This document shows, piece after piece, positions 34,332-43,903 of a DNA stretch of 64,000 nucleotides. Each line of letters opens with the position of its first letter. The first letter of the stretch is position 1. This DNA is from an uncultured Gemmatimonadaceae bacterium (lineage in GTDB: Bacteria; Gemmatimonadota; Gemmatimonadetes; Gemmatimonadales; Gemmatimonadaceae), in the NCBI GenBank assembly GCA_963790305.1, contig CAWBOC010000013.1, positions 32,001 through 96,000 on the forward strand, read 5' to 3'. Under the pieces are notes generated by a model, which saw only the letters and a list, made by a program, of their open reading frames with translations, was not told the DNA's origin and made no database searches. The position numbers and the translations under genes were made by a program.

Positions 34332-35854
34332 CCGCGCGCCTCCACGGTCTCGCGGGACGGCGCTGGATGCGTGTACGAGGAGAGAATGCCCACGATCATG
34401 GTGATGGTCGTTCCGATGAGCACGTACCAGGGCCAGGCAATGCGGCCGAGCGGAGCAAGCGTGTCCGCGAATCCAGGATACGCCGATGAGAGCGGCTTCG
34501 CGAAGACGACCAACGTCATTGCCGCAATTCCGACGGCCATGCCGAGAACCGCATCGCGCTGAATCGCGCGACGCCAGAGCATGCCGAGAAAGAAGCCCCC
34601 AAGCAACCCGCCGTAGGTGAACGAGGCGACGGAGAGCGCGACGACCACGACCGGCGTACCCTGCGCGCGGTAGAGCAGCGCGCCGCCGACGAGGATCACG
34701 GCCCACACCAGCGTGAAGAGCTTCCCAATGCGGAGCACGCCGGGATCATCGGCGCGGCGCCCCGTGAGGGGCAGGTAAATGTCGTGTGTGGTCGCCGCCG
34801 ACAGTGAATTCAGCGCCCCGGATACCGTGCTCATGGCGGCCGCGAGAATGGCGGCGATCACGAGACCGGTGAGCCCGGGAGGCATCGCCTCGACGATGAA
34901 GCGTGGGAAGATCTCGTCGGGACGCTGGAACGTCTGGCCGCGGTAGTACGCGAACAGCCCAATGCCGATGAATAGAAAGAGAATGAACTGGGCAATGACG
35001 GCGATGCCGCTGCCGATGAGCGCTCGCCGAGCGTCGCGGAGCGACGAGGACGCCAGGAGACGTTGCACGATCAGCTGATCGGCGCCGTGAGAAGCCATGG
35101 AGAGGAACGCACCGCCGATGAGTCCCGCCCATAACGTGTGTGCGCGGTCGACTCCGGTGTACGTGTCGATCACCCTCAGCTTCCCTTGCGCGGCGGCGCT
35201 GTCGAGAATCGCGCTCCAGCCGCCTTCCACACCCTTGCCAAGAAGCCAGAGTGCCGCAATACCCCCGAACAAATAGACGAACGTCTGCAGCACGTCCGTC
35301 CACACCACGGCGCGCATTCCGCCATGATAGGTGTAAATGATCGTGAAGACGCCGAGGATGAGAATGGAAACTGGCGTGAGGTACTTCGGGTCGATCACCG
35401 GTCCGATGATGAGCGCGATCGGAATGGCGGTCGCGAAAACTCGGACCGAATCCCCAAAGGCGCGCGTCACCATGAAGATGATCGAGGCGAAGCGCCGCGT
35501 CGCGACTCCGAACCGTCGCTGGAGCAGTGCATACGCCGTGACGAGCTCGCCCTGGTAGTACCGAGGAAGCAGCGTATACGCGATGATGATGCGCCCGATC
35601 AGGTAGCCCAACGCCACCTGGAGGAAGCTCAGATCAGCGAGGTATGCCAGTCCCGGAATGCTGATGAAGGTCAGCGCGCTCGTCTCGGTCGCGACGACGG
35701 AGAAGAGGATCGCCCACCAGGGGATGGCGCGGTCGGCGACGAAGTAGTCGCGCGCGTCCTTCTGATCGCGCCCCAGCCACATGCCGAGCGCGGTGGTGCC
35801 GACGAGGTACGCGACCAGCACCGCCGCGTCGAGCAGCGTGAACGTGGATGTCAT
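34328..35854 (-). CDS. Sodium:solute symporter (amino-sugar importer candidate)
   Basis: SVVATETSALTFISIPG, GGMRAVVWTD, QLIVQRLL, AAMSTVSG. Confidence 0.88.
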   Translation of the reverse strand: MTSTFTLLDAAVLVAYLVGTTALGMWLGRDQKDARDYFVADRAIPWWAILFSVVATETSALTFISIPGLAYLADLSFLQVALGYLIGRIIIAYTLLPRYYQGELVTAYALLQRRFGVATRRFASIIFMVTRAFGDSVRVFATAIPIALIIGPVIDPKYLTPVSILILGVFTIIYTYHGGMRAVVWTDVLQTFVYLFGGIAALWLLGKGVEGGWSAILDSAAAQGKLRVIDTYTGVDRAHTLWAGLIGGAFLSMASHGADQLIVQRLLASSSLRDARRALIGSGIAVIAQFILFLFIGIGLFAYYRGQTFQRPDEIFPRFIVEAMPPGLTGLVIAAILAAAMSTVSGALNSLSAATTHDIYLPLTGRRADDPGVLRIGKLFTLVWAVILVGGALLYRAQGTPVVVVALSVASFTYGGLLGGFFLGMLWRRAIQRDAVLGMAVGIAAMTLVVFAKPLSSAYPGFADTLAPLGRIAWPWYVLIGTTITMIVGILSSYTHPAPSRETVEARG

Positions 35855-35866
35855 GTGGCGAGGGGC

Positions 35867-37804
35867 TCAGTCGATGACGTACGCTTCCATCGCGAAGTAC
35901 TCGGCGAGGCCGAGCCGGTCGAGCGTCGCCGCTGTTTCCTTGTTGCGGGATTCGACCCGCTGCCAGAATTCCCGCTCGTCATGCGCGCCGGGGAAGGGAG
36001 CGGAATCCTTCTGCGATTGGTGCTTGAAGATCGCCTGAATCTTGAGCTTGAGCTCTTCCTGTGAAAGCGGGACGAGCCAGGTTGCGTCGGTGACGGGCCA
36101 TTCCTGCCAGGCGCCTCTGTAGAGCCAGATTTCTGGACGGGCGAATGCGGAATTCGGAATGCGGGAGGTCTTTTCCTCATTCACAGACTTCCGTGTTCCG
36201 GATTCCGCATTCGGACTCATTTCCTCCACCGCGCGATAAATCGCCTCCTTGCACATCCAATGCGTTCCGTGCGGATCGGAAAGATCCCCCGCCACGAAGA
36301 TCAGCTCGGGGCGGAGCTCCTCCAGGAGATCACGCACGATGGCGACGTCGGCCGGCCCAATCGGATCCTTGCGGACTTTCCCGGTCTGATAGAACGGGAG
36401 ATTGAGAAACCGCGCCGCCGCCGCCGTCATGCCGAGCGTCTCAATGCCGCTCACCGCCTCCGTCTCGCGGATGATGCGCTTGATGTCCTGTACCTCGGGG
36501 ATGTCGACATCGCCGGGGCGCTTCGAGGCGAGGAAGTCGTAGACGCGCTTCGCCAAGCCCGAAACCTCGGACTTCCCGATCTCCCGGTCGTGGTCCAGAC
36601 GGACGAGAAAGTCAACGTACCGCCGCACGTCATGGTCGAATACGGCGATGTTGCCACTCGTCATGTACGCGACGACGATCTCGTTCTTGTTCTCGACCAG
36701 CTTGCGCAGGATGCCGCCCATCGAGATGACGTCGTCGTCCGGGTGCGGCGAGAACACGATGATGCGCGTGTCGCGAGGCAGCTTCGACTTTCCGCGAATC
36801 TTGGCGCCGAGCATGTTGAACACCTCGCCATTGGCGGTGCCCGGCGACCCAAAGCGCGCCACCAGCGACGACAGCTTGTGCTCCGCGTAGTCGCGCTGCG
36901 TCAGCTTCAGGATCGCCTTGCCGGTCTGCTGCGAAAGCCAGACGACGGCGCGAACGGCGAGCTGCGGGGTCCACTGCACCTCGTCGTGCAGCCACGGCGT
37001 GGCGAATCGCGTGAGATCGGCGGCCGCGGCGCGATCGATGTAGAACGTGGTGTTCGGATGCTGCTGCAGGAACGTCGCGGCCACTTCGACATCGACCTCG
37101 CCTTCCACGGCACGCCGGACGATCCCCGCCTTGTGCTCGCCCGTTGCGAGAATGATGATCTCGCGCGCGTCGAGGATGGTTGCGACGCCCATCGTCAGTG
37201 CCTCACGAGGGACGTATTCCTCGCCAAAAAAGTCAGCCGCCGCGTCCTGGCGTGTAACGTTGTCGAGGTGCACGGGTCGCGTGCGACTCTCCACGCCCGA
37301 GCCCGGCTCATTGAAGCCGATATGCCCGGTTTTTCCGATTCCGAGGAGCTGGAGGTCAATGCCCCCCGCTTGACGAATCGCCTCCTCGTACCGAAGGCAC
37401 TCCAGCTCGATGTCTTCGAGTGGTGTATCGCCGCGCGGGATGTGGACGTGCTCGCGCCTGATGTCGACGTGTGCGAAAAAGTTCTCCCACATGAACCGGT
37501 GGTAGCTGTGAATGCTGTCCGACCGCATGGGATAGTACTCATCGAGATTGAACGTCACGACGTCGGCGAACGAGAGCCCTTCATCCCGGTGCATGCGAAT
37601 GAGCTCGCGGTACACTCCGATCGGAGTGGAGCCGGTTGCCAGGCCGAGGACCGCCTGCTCGCCGCCCGCCTCCTTCTCTCGAATCAGCGTCGCGATGCGA
37701 GACGCCACCAGCCGCGCGATGTCATCGTGCTCTTCGACGACAACGGTGCGAATGCGCTCGAGGGCGGCTGCCGCCTGCGAGATGCGAGAAGGCCCGCGAG
37801 TCAT
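35867..37804 (-). CDS. nagB: Glucosamine-6-phosphate deaminase fused to a PIG-L/LmbE-like domain
   Basis: LGLATGSTP, TFNLDEY, GIGKTGHIGFNEPG; C-terminal SPHPDDD, DPHGTH, FKHQSQ. Confidence 0.9.
   Translation of the reverse strand: MTRGPSRISQAAAALERIRTVVVEEHDDIARLVASRIATLIREKEAGGEQAVLGLATGSTPIGVYRELIRMHRDEGLSFADVVTFNLDEYYPMRSDSIHSYHRFMWENFFAHVDIRREHVHIPRGDTPLEDIELECLRYEEAIRQAGGIDLQLLGIGKTGHIGFNEPGSGVESRTRPVHLDNVTRQDAAADFFGEEYVPREALTMGVATILDAREIIILATGEHKAGIVRRAVEGEVDVEVAATFLQQHPNTTFYIDRAAAADLTRFATPWLHDEVQWTPQLAVRAVVWLSQQTGKAILKLTQRDYAEHKLSSLVARFGSPGTANGEVFNMLGAKIRGKSKLPRDTRIIVFSPHPDDDVISMGGILRKLVENKNEIVVAYMTSGNIAVFDHDVRRYVDFLVRLDHDREIGKSEVSGLAKRVYDFLASKRPGDVDIPEVQDIKRIIRETEAVSGIETLGMTAAAARFLNLPFYQTGKVRKDPIGPADVAIVRDLLEELRPELIFVAGDLSDPHGTHWMCKEAIYRAVEEMSPNAESGTRKSVNEEKTSRIPNSAFARPEIWLYRGAWQEWPVTDATWLVPLSQEELKLKIQAIFKHQSQKDSAPFPGAHDEREFWQRVESRNKETAATLDRLGLAEYFAMEAYVID
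36142..36213. repeat. 72-bp heptamer palindrome read in frame inside nagB
   Basis: CGAATGCGGAATTCGGAATGCGGGA ... TTCCGTGTTCCGGATTCCGCATTCG; same 11-bp ends as the actE element. Confidence 0.8.
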
Positions 37805-37889
37805 GCGATGATCGCGGGCCTCCTGTGCGGTGCCGGCGTCGAGTCGCACGCCAGTATCCGTCCTCATTTGATCGGGGTGTGTGCCTGTC

Positions 37890-38246
37890 TCAGGCGTTGA
37901 ACGAGCTGCCGCACCCGCACCCGCCCGTGGCATTCGGATTCTTGAACGTGAACCCGGAGCCCTGCATCGACGAGACGTAGTCGATGGTGACGCCGTTGAG
38001 ATATTGAGCGGAGAAGGGATCCACGAACACCCGGATACCCTCCTGATCGATCACCAGATCGTCCTCGGCGGCCTTCTCCTCGATCAGCAGGCCGTACCGG
38101 AAGCCGCTGCACCCGCCTGGCTGTACGCTGACCCGGAGCCCGCCCTGCTCAAAGGGCACCCCTTCCTGCTCCATGAATCGCTTGACCTCGGTGGTCGCGA
38201 CCGTCGTTACGGTCACTGCGAGCATTGGTTGCTGCGTCGCGCTCAT
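37890..38246 (-). CDS. A-type Fe-S carrier (IscA/ErpA/HesB family)
   Basis: GGCSGFRY and NPNATGGCGCGSSF. Confidence 0.92.
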   Translation of the reverse strand: MSATQQPMLAVTVTTVATTEVKRFMEQEGVPFEQGGLRVSVQPGGCSGFRYGLLIEEKAAEDDLVIDQEGIRVFVDPFSAQYLNGVTIDYVSSMQGSGFTFKNPNATGGCGCGSSFNA

Positions 38247-38349
38247 GAGTCCCCTCTGTGGTAACGGCCGGGAACCGCCCCGGCACGGCTGACGAATAAT
38301 AGTCCCGGCGACAGCTAACTACAAGAATGACTCACGCATGGGGCGCGGG

Positions 38350-40155
38350 TCACGTCCTCCTCTCTTCTACTGCGACGGGCGTGCCGGGTTCCCGTTCGCC
38401 GCGAAATGACCGGGCGATCCACGCGAATGCGGCCGTGGCGATCCCAAGGAGCACGAATCCCGAAACGATCTCCCCGAACACCAGCTTGCCGATGCCGAAC
38501 AGCGTGCCGTAGACCGCCACGATCCCCGCCACCCAGTTGGACCACGCGCGCCCTCCGCCCGGGATGGACTCCCGCCCAAAACCAAGCCGCGTCGAGACGG
38601 CGCGCCATCCCGGACCGCCCGGTCGCACGCGCCGGTAGAACGAGTCCAGCACCGCGTCGGGTTCCGGCTTCGTCAGGAAGGTGACCGCCACCCAGACGAC
38701 AGTACTCACCGCCACGGTCACGAGCATGACCCAGGCGTCAGCGTTGGCCGTCCCGGCGAACCGCGTGGGCACCATTTGCATCGCGGCGACCGAGACCACG
38801 AAGGAGGTGATCATCGCGCTGATCTCCGACCACGCGTTGATGCGCCACCAGTACCAGCGGAGAATCAAAACCAGTCCTGTGCCGGCACCAATCGCCAGCA
38901 GAAAGGTCCACGCCCGTCCGATCGTTTGAATCTGCCAGGTTACCAGAATCGAGGCGAGGAACAGGAGGATCGTGGCGACCCGCGACACGTTCACGTAGTG
39001 CTTGTCGCTCGCGTCCTTTCGCATGAACCGCTTGTAGAAGTCGTTGACGAGGTACGACGCACCCCAGTTCAGCTGGGTCGCGATCGTCGACATGTACGCC
39101 GCGGCGAACCCGACCACCATGAGCCCTCGCCACCCCGAGGGCAGCAGATCGACGAACGCTCTGACGTAGCCATTCTCCTTCTCGGCCGGGCCGAGCTCCG
39201 GGTACAGGATGACCGTCGCGAGTGCGGTGACGATCCACGGCCACGGACGTAGCGCGTAATGCGCGACCTGGAAGAACAGCGTCGCGAGCACGCCGTCGCG
39301 CTCCGACCGCGCTGAGAAAATGCGTTGCGCGACGTAGCCACCGCCGCCGGGTTCCGCTCCCGGATACCACGCCGCCCACCACTGCACGAAAAAGAACACC
39401 GCGAGCGCCATAATCGGCATCCACGCGTAGTCGAGTATGGCGCCGTTCTCAATGCGAACGGGCAGTACCGAGAGCGCGGCCTGTTCACTTCCGAAATACG
39501 CGGAGGCCTTCGTCTTGAGCGCATCCATGCCGCCGACCGCGTCCACCGAATACACTGCCAGCACGATCACCGCGGTCATGGCGAGTCCGAACTGGATGAA
39601 GTCCGTCCAGAGGACAGCCCACAGCCCTGCCGCTACCGAGTATGCGACGGTGATCACGAAGCAGATCCCGACCGCGACGTAGGGCGACACGCCGAGCGAG
39701 ATCGACAGGATCTTGATCATCGCGGCGTTCACCCAGCCGAGGATGATCAGGTTGATCGGGAGCGCGAGGTACAGGGCGCGAAAGCCACGAAGAATCGCCG
39801 CGGGACTGCCGCTATACCGCACTTCCGCCAACTCGACGTCCGTGAGCACCTTCGCGCGGTGCCAGAGGCGTGCGAAAAAGAAGACGGTGAGCATCCCGCT
39901 CATGACGAAGCTCCACCACACCCAATTGCCCGCCACGCCGCGTGTCGCCACGAAGCCTGTGACCACGAGAGGAGTGTCGGCGGCGAAGGTCGTCGCCACC
40001 ATCGACACGCCAGCGAGCCACCAGGGCACAGACCGCCCCGATACGAAGTACTCACTGAGACTCGAGCCCCCTCGGCGCGTGAAGTACAGGCCGATGCCCG
40101 CGGACAACACGAAGTAGCCGACGATGATGGCCCAGTCGAGCAAGGTGAGTGTCAT
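38350..40155 (-). CDS. Sodium:solute symporter, second subfamily
   Basis: SMVATTFAADTPL, GLWAVLWTD, EPGGGGYVAQR, AAYMST; start at ATG 40155. Confidence 0.88.
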   Translation of the reverse strand: MTLTLLDWAIIVGYFVLSAGIGLYFTRRGGSSLSEYFVSGRSVPWWLAGVSMVATTFAADTPLVVTGFVATRGVAGNWVWWSFVMSGMLTVFFFARLWHRAKVLTDVELAEVRYSGSPAAILRGFRALYLALPINLIILGWVNAAMIKILSISLGVSPYVAVGICFVITVAYSVAAGLWAVLWTDFIQFGLAMTAVIVLAVYSVDAVGGMDALKTKASAYFGSEQAALSVLPVRIENGAILDYAWMPIMALAVFFFVQWWAAWYPGAEPGGGGYVAQRIFSARSERDGVLATLFFQVAHYALRPWPWIVTALATVILYPELGPAEKENGYVRAFVDLLPSGWRGLMVVGFAAAYMSTIATQLNWGASYLVNDFYKRFMRKDASDKHYVNVSRVATILLFLASILVTWQIQTIGRAWTFLLAIGAGTGLVLILRWYWWRINAWSEISAMITSFVVSVAAMQMVPTRFAGTANADAWVMLVTVAVSTVVWVAVTFLTKPEPDAVLDSFYRRVRPGGPGWRAVSTRLGFGRESIPGGGRAWSNWVAGIVAVYGTLFGIGKLVFGEIVSGFVLLGIATAAFAWIARSFRGEREPGTPVAVEERRT

Positions 40156-41346
40156 GGCGAGCCAGGGCTGAGGGGAGCGGCCGAGCCAAGCGCCGCCATC
40201 ACGGCATCGGCGAGTGCGACACGAACCTGGCCGATCCGCGTGTTCTGACGGGAAGGATTTACACGGTTGGTCAGCAGGACGACGAACACCCCCGCCTCCG
40301 GGTCCATCCACAGCGAAGTCCCGGTGAATCCGGTGTGGCCAAAAGCGCGCGCCGACATACGCCGGCCGGCTGAGTTCTGGCCCGACGGGGTTTCCCAGCC
40401 AAGTGCGCGGTGCGAGAGCCCGGGATCTTGGACCGCAGTGAATTGCGCGATCGTCGATGCGCGAAGCACGCGAACCCCATCGAGCGTCCCCCCCGCCAGC
40501 ATCATCCGGGCGAAGCGCGAGAGATCGGCGGCGGTCGAGAACAGCCCTGCATGCCCGGAGACTCCGCCCAGCATGAACGCGTTCTCATCGTGCACCTCGC
40601 CCCGGATGTGCCGCTGGCGCCACGGATCGTACTCCGTTGGCGCGATGCGATCGCGCAGCGACGCGTCCGGCCGGTAGAGCGTCGAGGTCATGCCTAACGG
40701 CCCGAACACGTGACGGGCGAGATAGGCATCGAGCGCCTCGCCACTGACGCGCTCGACCACTTTGCCGAGGAGAATGGCGCCCAGGTCGCTATAGACCATG
40801 CGCGCGCCCGGAGCCGTATCGAGCGGCGTGGCGAAGACGATTGCCACCGCGGTGTCGGCCGCCGTCGCTTCCTTGTACAACGGCCGCCATGACGGCAATC
40901 CGGACGAGTGGGTGAGCAGGTGCCGGATGGTCACCCGCTCCTTTCCCTCGCCCGCGAACTCGGGAAGGTATCGTACGACCGGCGCATCGAGCTCCACGCG
41001 GTCCTGCTCGACGAGCTGCATCATGGCGGTCGTCATGCCGACGACCTTCGTGAGCGACGCCAGATCCCACAGGGTGCGCTCGTCAGGCGCCGGTGCATTT
41101 GCCGGCCAGTCGATCCTCCCCACCGCGTAGGAGGTCTGCCCGCCGTCGCGCGTACCGACGACGCCGATCGCGCCGGGAAACGCGCTGTCGGCGATCGCGC
41201 GATCGAGCACGCGGACGATGGCGTCGTGCACGACTCGCATGGGCGCTCTCTCCGGCTCGGGCGCGACGATCGGTCGCGTGGCGGGTGCGCAGGCGGAGAT
41301 GACGGCGAGGACGACCGAACATGGCGACCCAGCGCGGCAGGGTCAC
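40152..41346 (-). CDS. Beta-lactamase-family serine hydrolase (AmiE-like), probable lipoprotein; +1 frameshift near 41318
   Basis: ASLTK (SxxK), LLTHSSG, YSD, HTGFTG; GTG 41346 MTLPRWVAM joins SVVLAVISAC lipobox after removing one base. Confidence 0.8.
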
Positions 41347-43166
41347 GGAGCGGCCTCACGACGCAGCCCATCGCCCGCGGCGAAGAACCCGGGGAGCGAG
41401 ATCGGCGCCCTCCCGACGATCGGTGCGGCTCCGACGAGCGCGCGCGCGGCCGCCCGCTCCAGAGACGCATCGATTCCGTATGTCACCATGTAGCTCCCGA
41501 CTCGAGGAAACTGCGCGATCACATAGGGGTTGCCATTCGCGATGACGACCACACGCTCACGCGTGGCCAATGTGTCGATCCAGGCAGCGACCCGCGGCGC
41601 GATGGCGAAGCGACCCGCGCCTTCGATCGTGCGGACATGCGTCGTGACAATGATGCGATCGGCGCCGCGCACGCGCGCGCTCACCGAGTCGAGCTCCTCC
41701 GCCGATGTCGACGGATCGATCCGCGCTATCATCGTCTGAGGAGCGAGCGCGCGCAATTCGCCCGCAAACGCGCGTCCGGCATTCACGTCGAGCTCGGGCG
41801 CGTACGTGACGACCGCGAACCGTCCCTCTGGCGACGCTGGAACCAGGGCTGCGCTGTCGCGTAACAACGTGATCGCGCGTGCCGCAATGTCACGCGCTGC
41901 GGTCCAGTGTGCGGGGGCGCCCACCGTGCGACGCAGCGAATCGAGCGAGACGACTGGGTGTCGTGCGGCGCGCGTGCGCACCTTCAACTCGAGAATGCGG
42001 CGCACCGACTGATCGATGCGCTCGGCGGTGATGACCCCCTGCACGACGGCCGCGGTGACGGCATCGATCGCTTTCTTCACATCGGTCGGTGACAGGAGGA
42101 TGTCCGCACCCGCTTGCACGGCCAGCACGGCGGCGCGCTCGGGCGTGTAGCCTCGTCCCACCGCCTGCATGCGGAGCGCATCGGTGACGGCGAGACCCCG
42201 GAAGCCGAGCGAGTCGCGCAGCAGAGTCGTGACGATGCGCGGCTCGAGCGTGGCCGGGCTGCTATCGATTCCCACCGCGGGCAGCGCGATGTGCGCCGTC
42301 ATCACGCCAATGACGCCAGCGTCGATCGACGCGCGAAAGGGAACGAGCTCCACCGACGCGAGACGGGCGGCGTCCGATCGCACCACGGGAAGCGCCAGGT
42401 GCGAGTCGGTGTCGGTATCCCCGTGCCCGGGAAAATGCTTTGCCGTCGCCGCGACGCCTTCGGACTGCATCCCTCGCACGAACGCGGCAGCGAGCTCGGC
42501 CACGCGCTGTGGATCCTCGCCAAATGAGCGCGTGTTGATGACGGGATTCGCCGGGTTGTTGTTGACATCGACGGTCGGCGCAAACGCCAGGTGGATGCCC
42601 ACGGCGCGCGCCTCGCGACCAATGATCCTGCCAACCTCGCGCGCGTCGTCAATGTCGCCGGTGGCGGCAATGGCCATGTTGCTGGGGAACACCGTTGCGC
42701 TGCCCGCGCTCATGAGCGTCGGCACGAACGTACCGCCCACGAGTCGCCCCAATCCCGGCTCCAGATCGGACGCGACGAGCAACGGAACGTTCGCCAGCCC
42801 CTGGAGGGAATTCACCTTGGCTGCGACTTCGATCGGGGAGCCGAGCGACATGATCACGCCGCCGATTCGATCCTCCGCGACTGCGCGACGAACTTCCGCG
42901 AACGTGCTGTCTTCGACGTGCGCGTAGTCGCCGAGCACCCAGAGCATGACCATCTGCGCAACCCGCTCGCGCGGCGAGAGGCTCGCGAGCGTGCGCTCGA
43001 CCCATGCCCGGTCCCGCGCGGGAAGCGGCGTCGTCCACGACAATGAGTGGGCGCCGACGCCGGTTGCCGGCGCCGGTGTCGCTGGCGCCGGGGGGCCGCC
43101 GCACGCTCCGAACAGAATGGTCGTCGTGGCCACGAACCACAGCCGATCTGCTGAAACCAGGTGCAT
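41343..43166 (-). CDS. nagZ: GH3 beta-N-acetylglucosaminidase, probable lipoprotein
   Basis: KHFPGHGDTDTDSH, RSFGEDP, VMTAH, TDALRM; lipobox ILFGAC. Confidence 0.88.
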   Translation of the reverse strand: MHLVSADRLWFVATTTILFGACGGPPAPATPAPATGVGAHSLSWTTPLPARDRAWVERTLASLSPRERVAQMVMLWVLGDYAHVEDSTFAEVRRAVAEDRIGGVIMSLGSPIEVAAKVNSLQGLANVPLLVASDLEPGLGRLVGGTFVPTLMSAGSATVFPSNMAIAATGDIDDAREVGRIIGREARAVGIHLAFAPTVDVNNNPANPVINTRSFGEDPQRVAELAAAFVRGMQSEGVAATAKHFPGHGDTDTDSHLALPVVRSDAARLASVELVPFRASIDAGVIGVMTAHIALPAVGIDSSPATLEPRIVTTLLRDSLGFRGLAVTDALRMQAVGRGYTPERAAVLAVQAGADILLSPTDVKKAIDAVTAAVVQGVITAERIDQSVRRILELKVRTRAARHPVVSLDSLRRTVGAPAHWTAARDIAARAITLLRDSAALVPASPEGRFAVVTYAPELDVNAGRAFAGELRALAPQTMIARIDPSTSAEELDSVSARVRGADRIIVTTHVRTIEGAGRFAIAPRVAAWIDTLATRERVVVIANGNPYVIAQFPRVGSYMVTYGIDASLERAAARALVGAAPIVGRAPISLPGFFAAGDGLRREAAP

Positions 43167-43377
43167 TGCCCTTTCACCCCGCGCGCGAAACGTGTGACGG
43201 GTGCCGATGCAGGTGGGTGCGGCGGTCAATCTATGGATGCGCGGCGGATCGCGGAATGTGGCGCGAGCCTTCCAGGGGTGGGCGAGCACGGTATTTGTAT
43301 AGGGATGTACGGCTGCACCCAACGTCTGGCGTGACGGACTCCGTCGTGCGGACCCGCGAACCATCAAGGAGGCACTC

Positions 43378-43719
43378 ATGAAGGCGCTCTTCGCCGCGTT
43401 GCTTTTCGCTTCGACGCTGTCGATCACTGCCTGTGGCCAGCGACAGGTGGAGGTCTCCACCGGTGCGCAGCCGCAGAGTGATGTTGCCATTCACCTCACG
43501 AACAACACGAGCACCCAGCTCAACGTGTATGTGGTGCATGGCGGCCAGCGGATCTTCGTTGGTCAGGTCAGTGGAAACAGCACGCAGCATCTCCCCGTGG
43601 CGAACGTTCCCTCGGGCTCCGTCGTGACGCTGGAAGCATCGACGGTGAGCAGCACGCCGCGCACGTATTCGCGCGGCGACGTCTCACTGAGCGGGACGTA
43701 CGAGTGGCGGGTGCCCTGA
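43378..43719 (+). CDS. Small hypothetical lipoprotein
   Basis: AAGGAGG RBS; signal peptide ending ITAC; beta-rich mature region. Confidence 0.75.
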   Translation: MKALFAALLFASTLSITACGQRQVEVSTGAQPQSDVAIHLTNNTSTQLNVYVVHGGQRIFVGQVSGNSTQHLPVANVPSGSVVTLEASTVSSTPRTYSRGDVSLSGTYEWRVP

Positions 43720-43755
43720 TCGCGGGTTGCTCGCCTGAGAGTGGGAAGCTAGGTT

Positions 43756-43788
43756 AACGGGCTGGAGAGCGAACCTCTCCAGCCCGTT
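43756..43788. terminator. Perfect 14-bp stem-loop, probable terminator
   Basis: aacgggctggagag-cgaac-ctctccagcccgtt. Confidence 0.65.
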
Positions 43789-43903
43789 GTCCTATCGTCA
43801 CTTGTGAGGTGACGAACTCACGTCGTCGCCCTCCGCGGCGGCGAATTCTCGACCCTCCCGCGCGCCGTGCTTCCGGCGCGCCGCACCTAAGGAGATCGCG
43901 TTC

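Noticed and set aside
37890..38246. HesB-like selenoprotein
   Set aside because: All three ligands are ordinary Cys codons.
43284..43300. Sigma54-like promoter GAGCACGGTATTTGTA upstream of the small lipoprotein
   Set aside because: Lacks the invariant GG at -24 and GC at -12.
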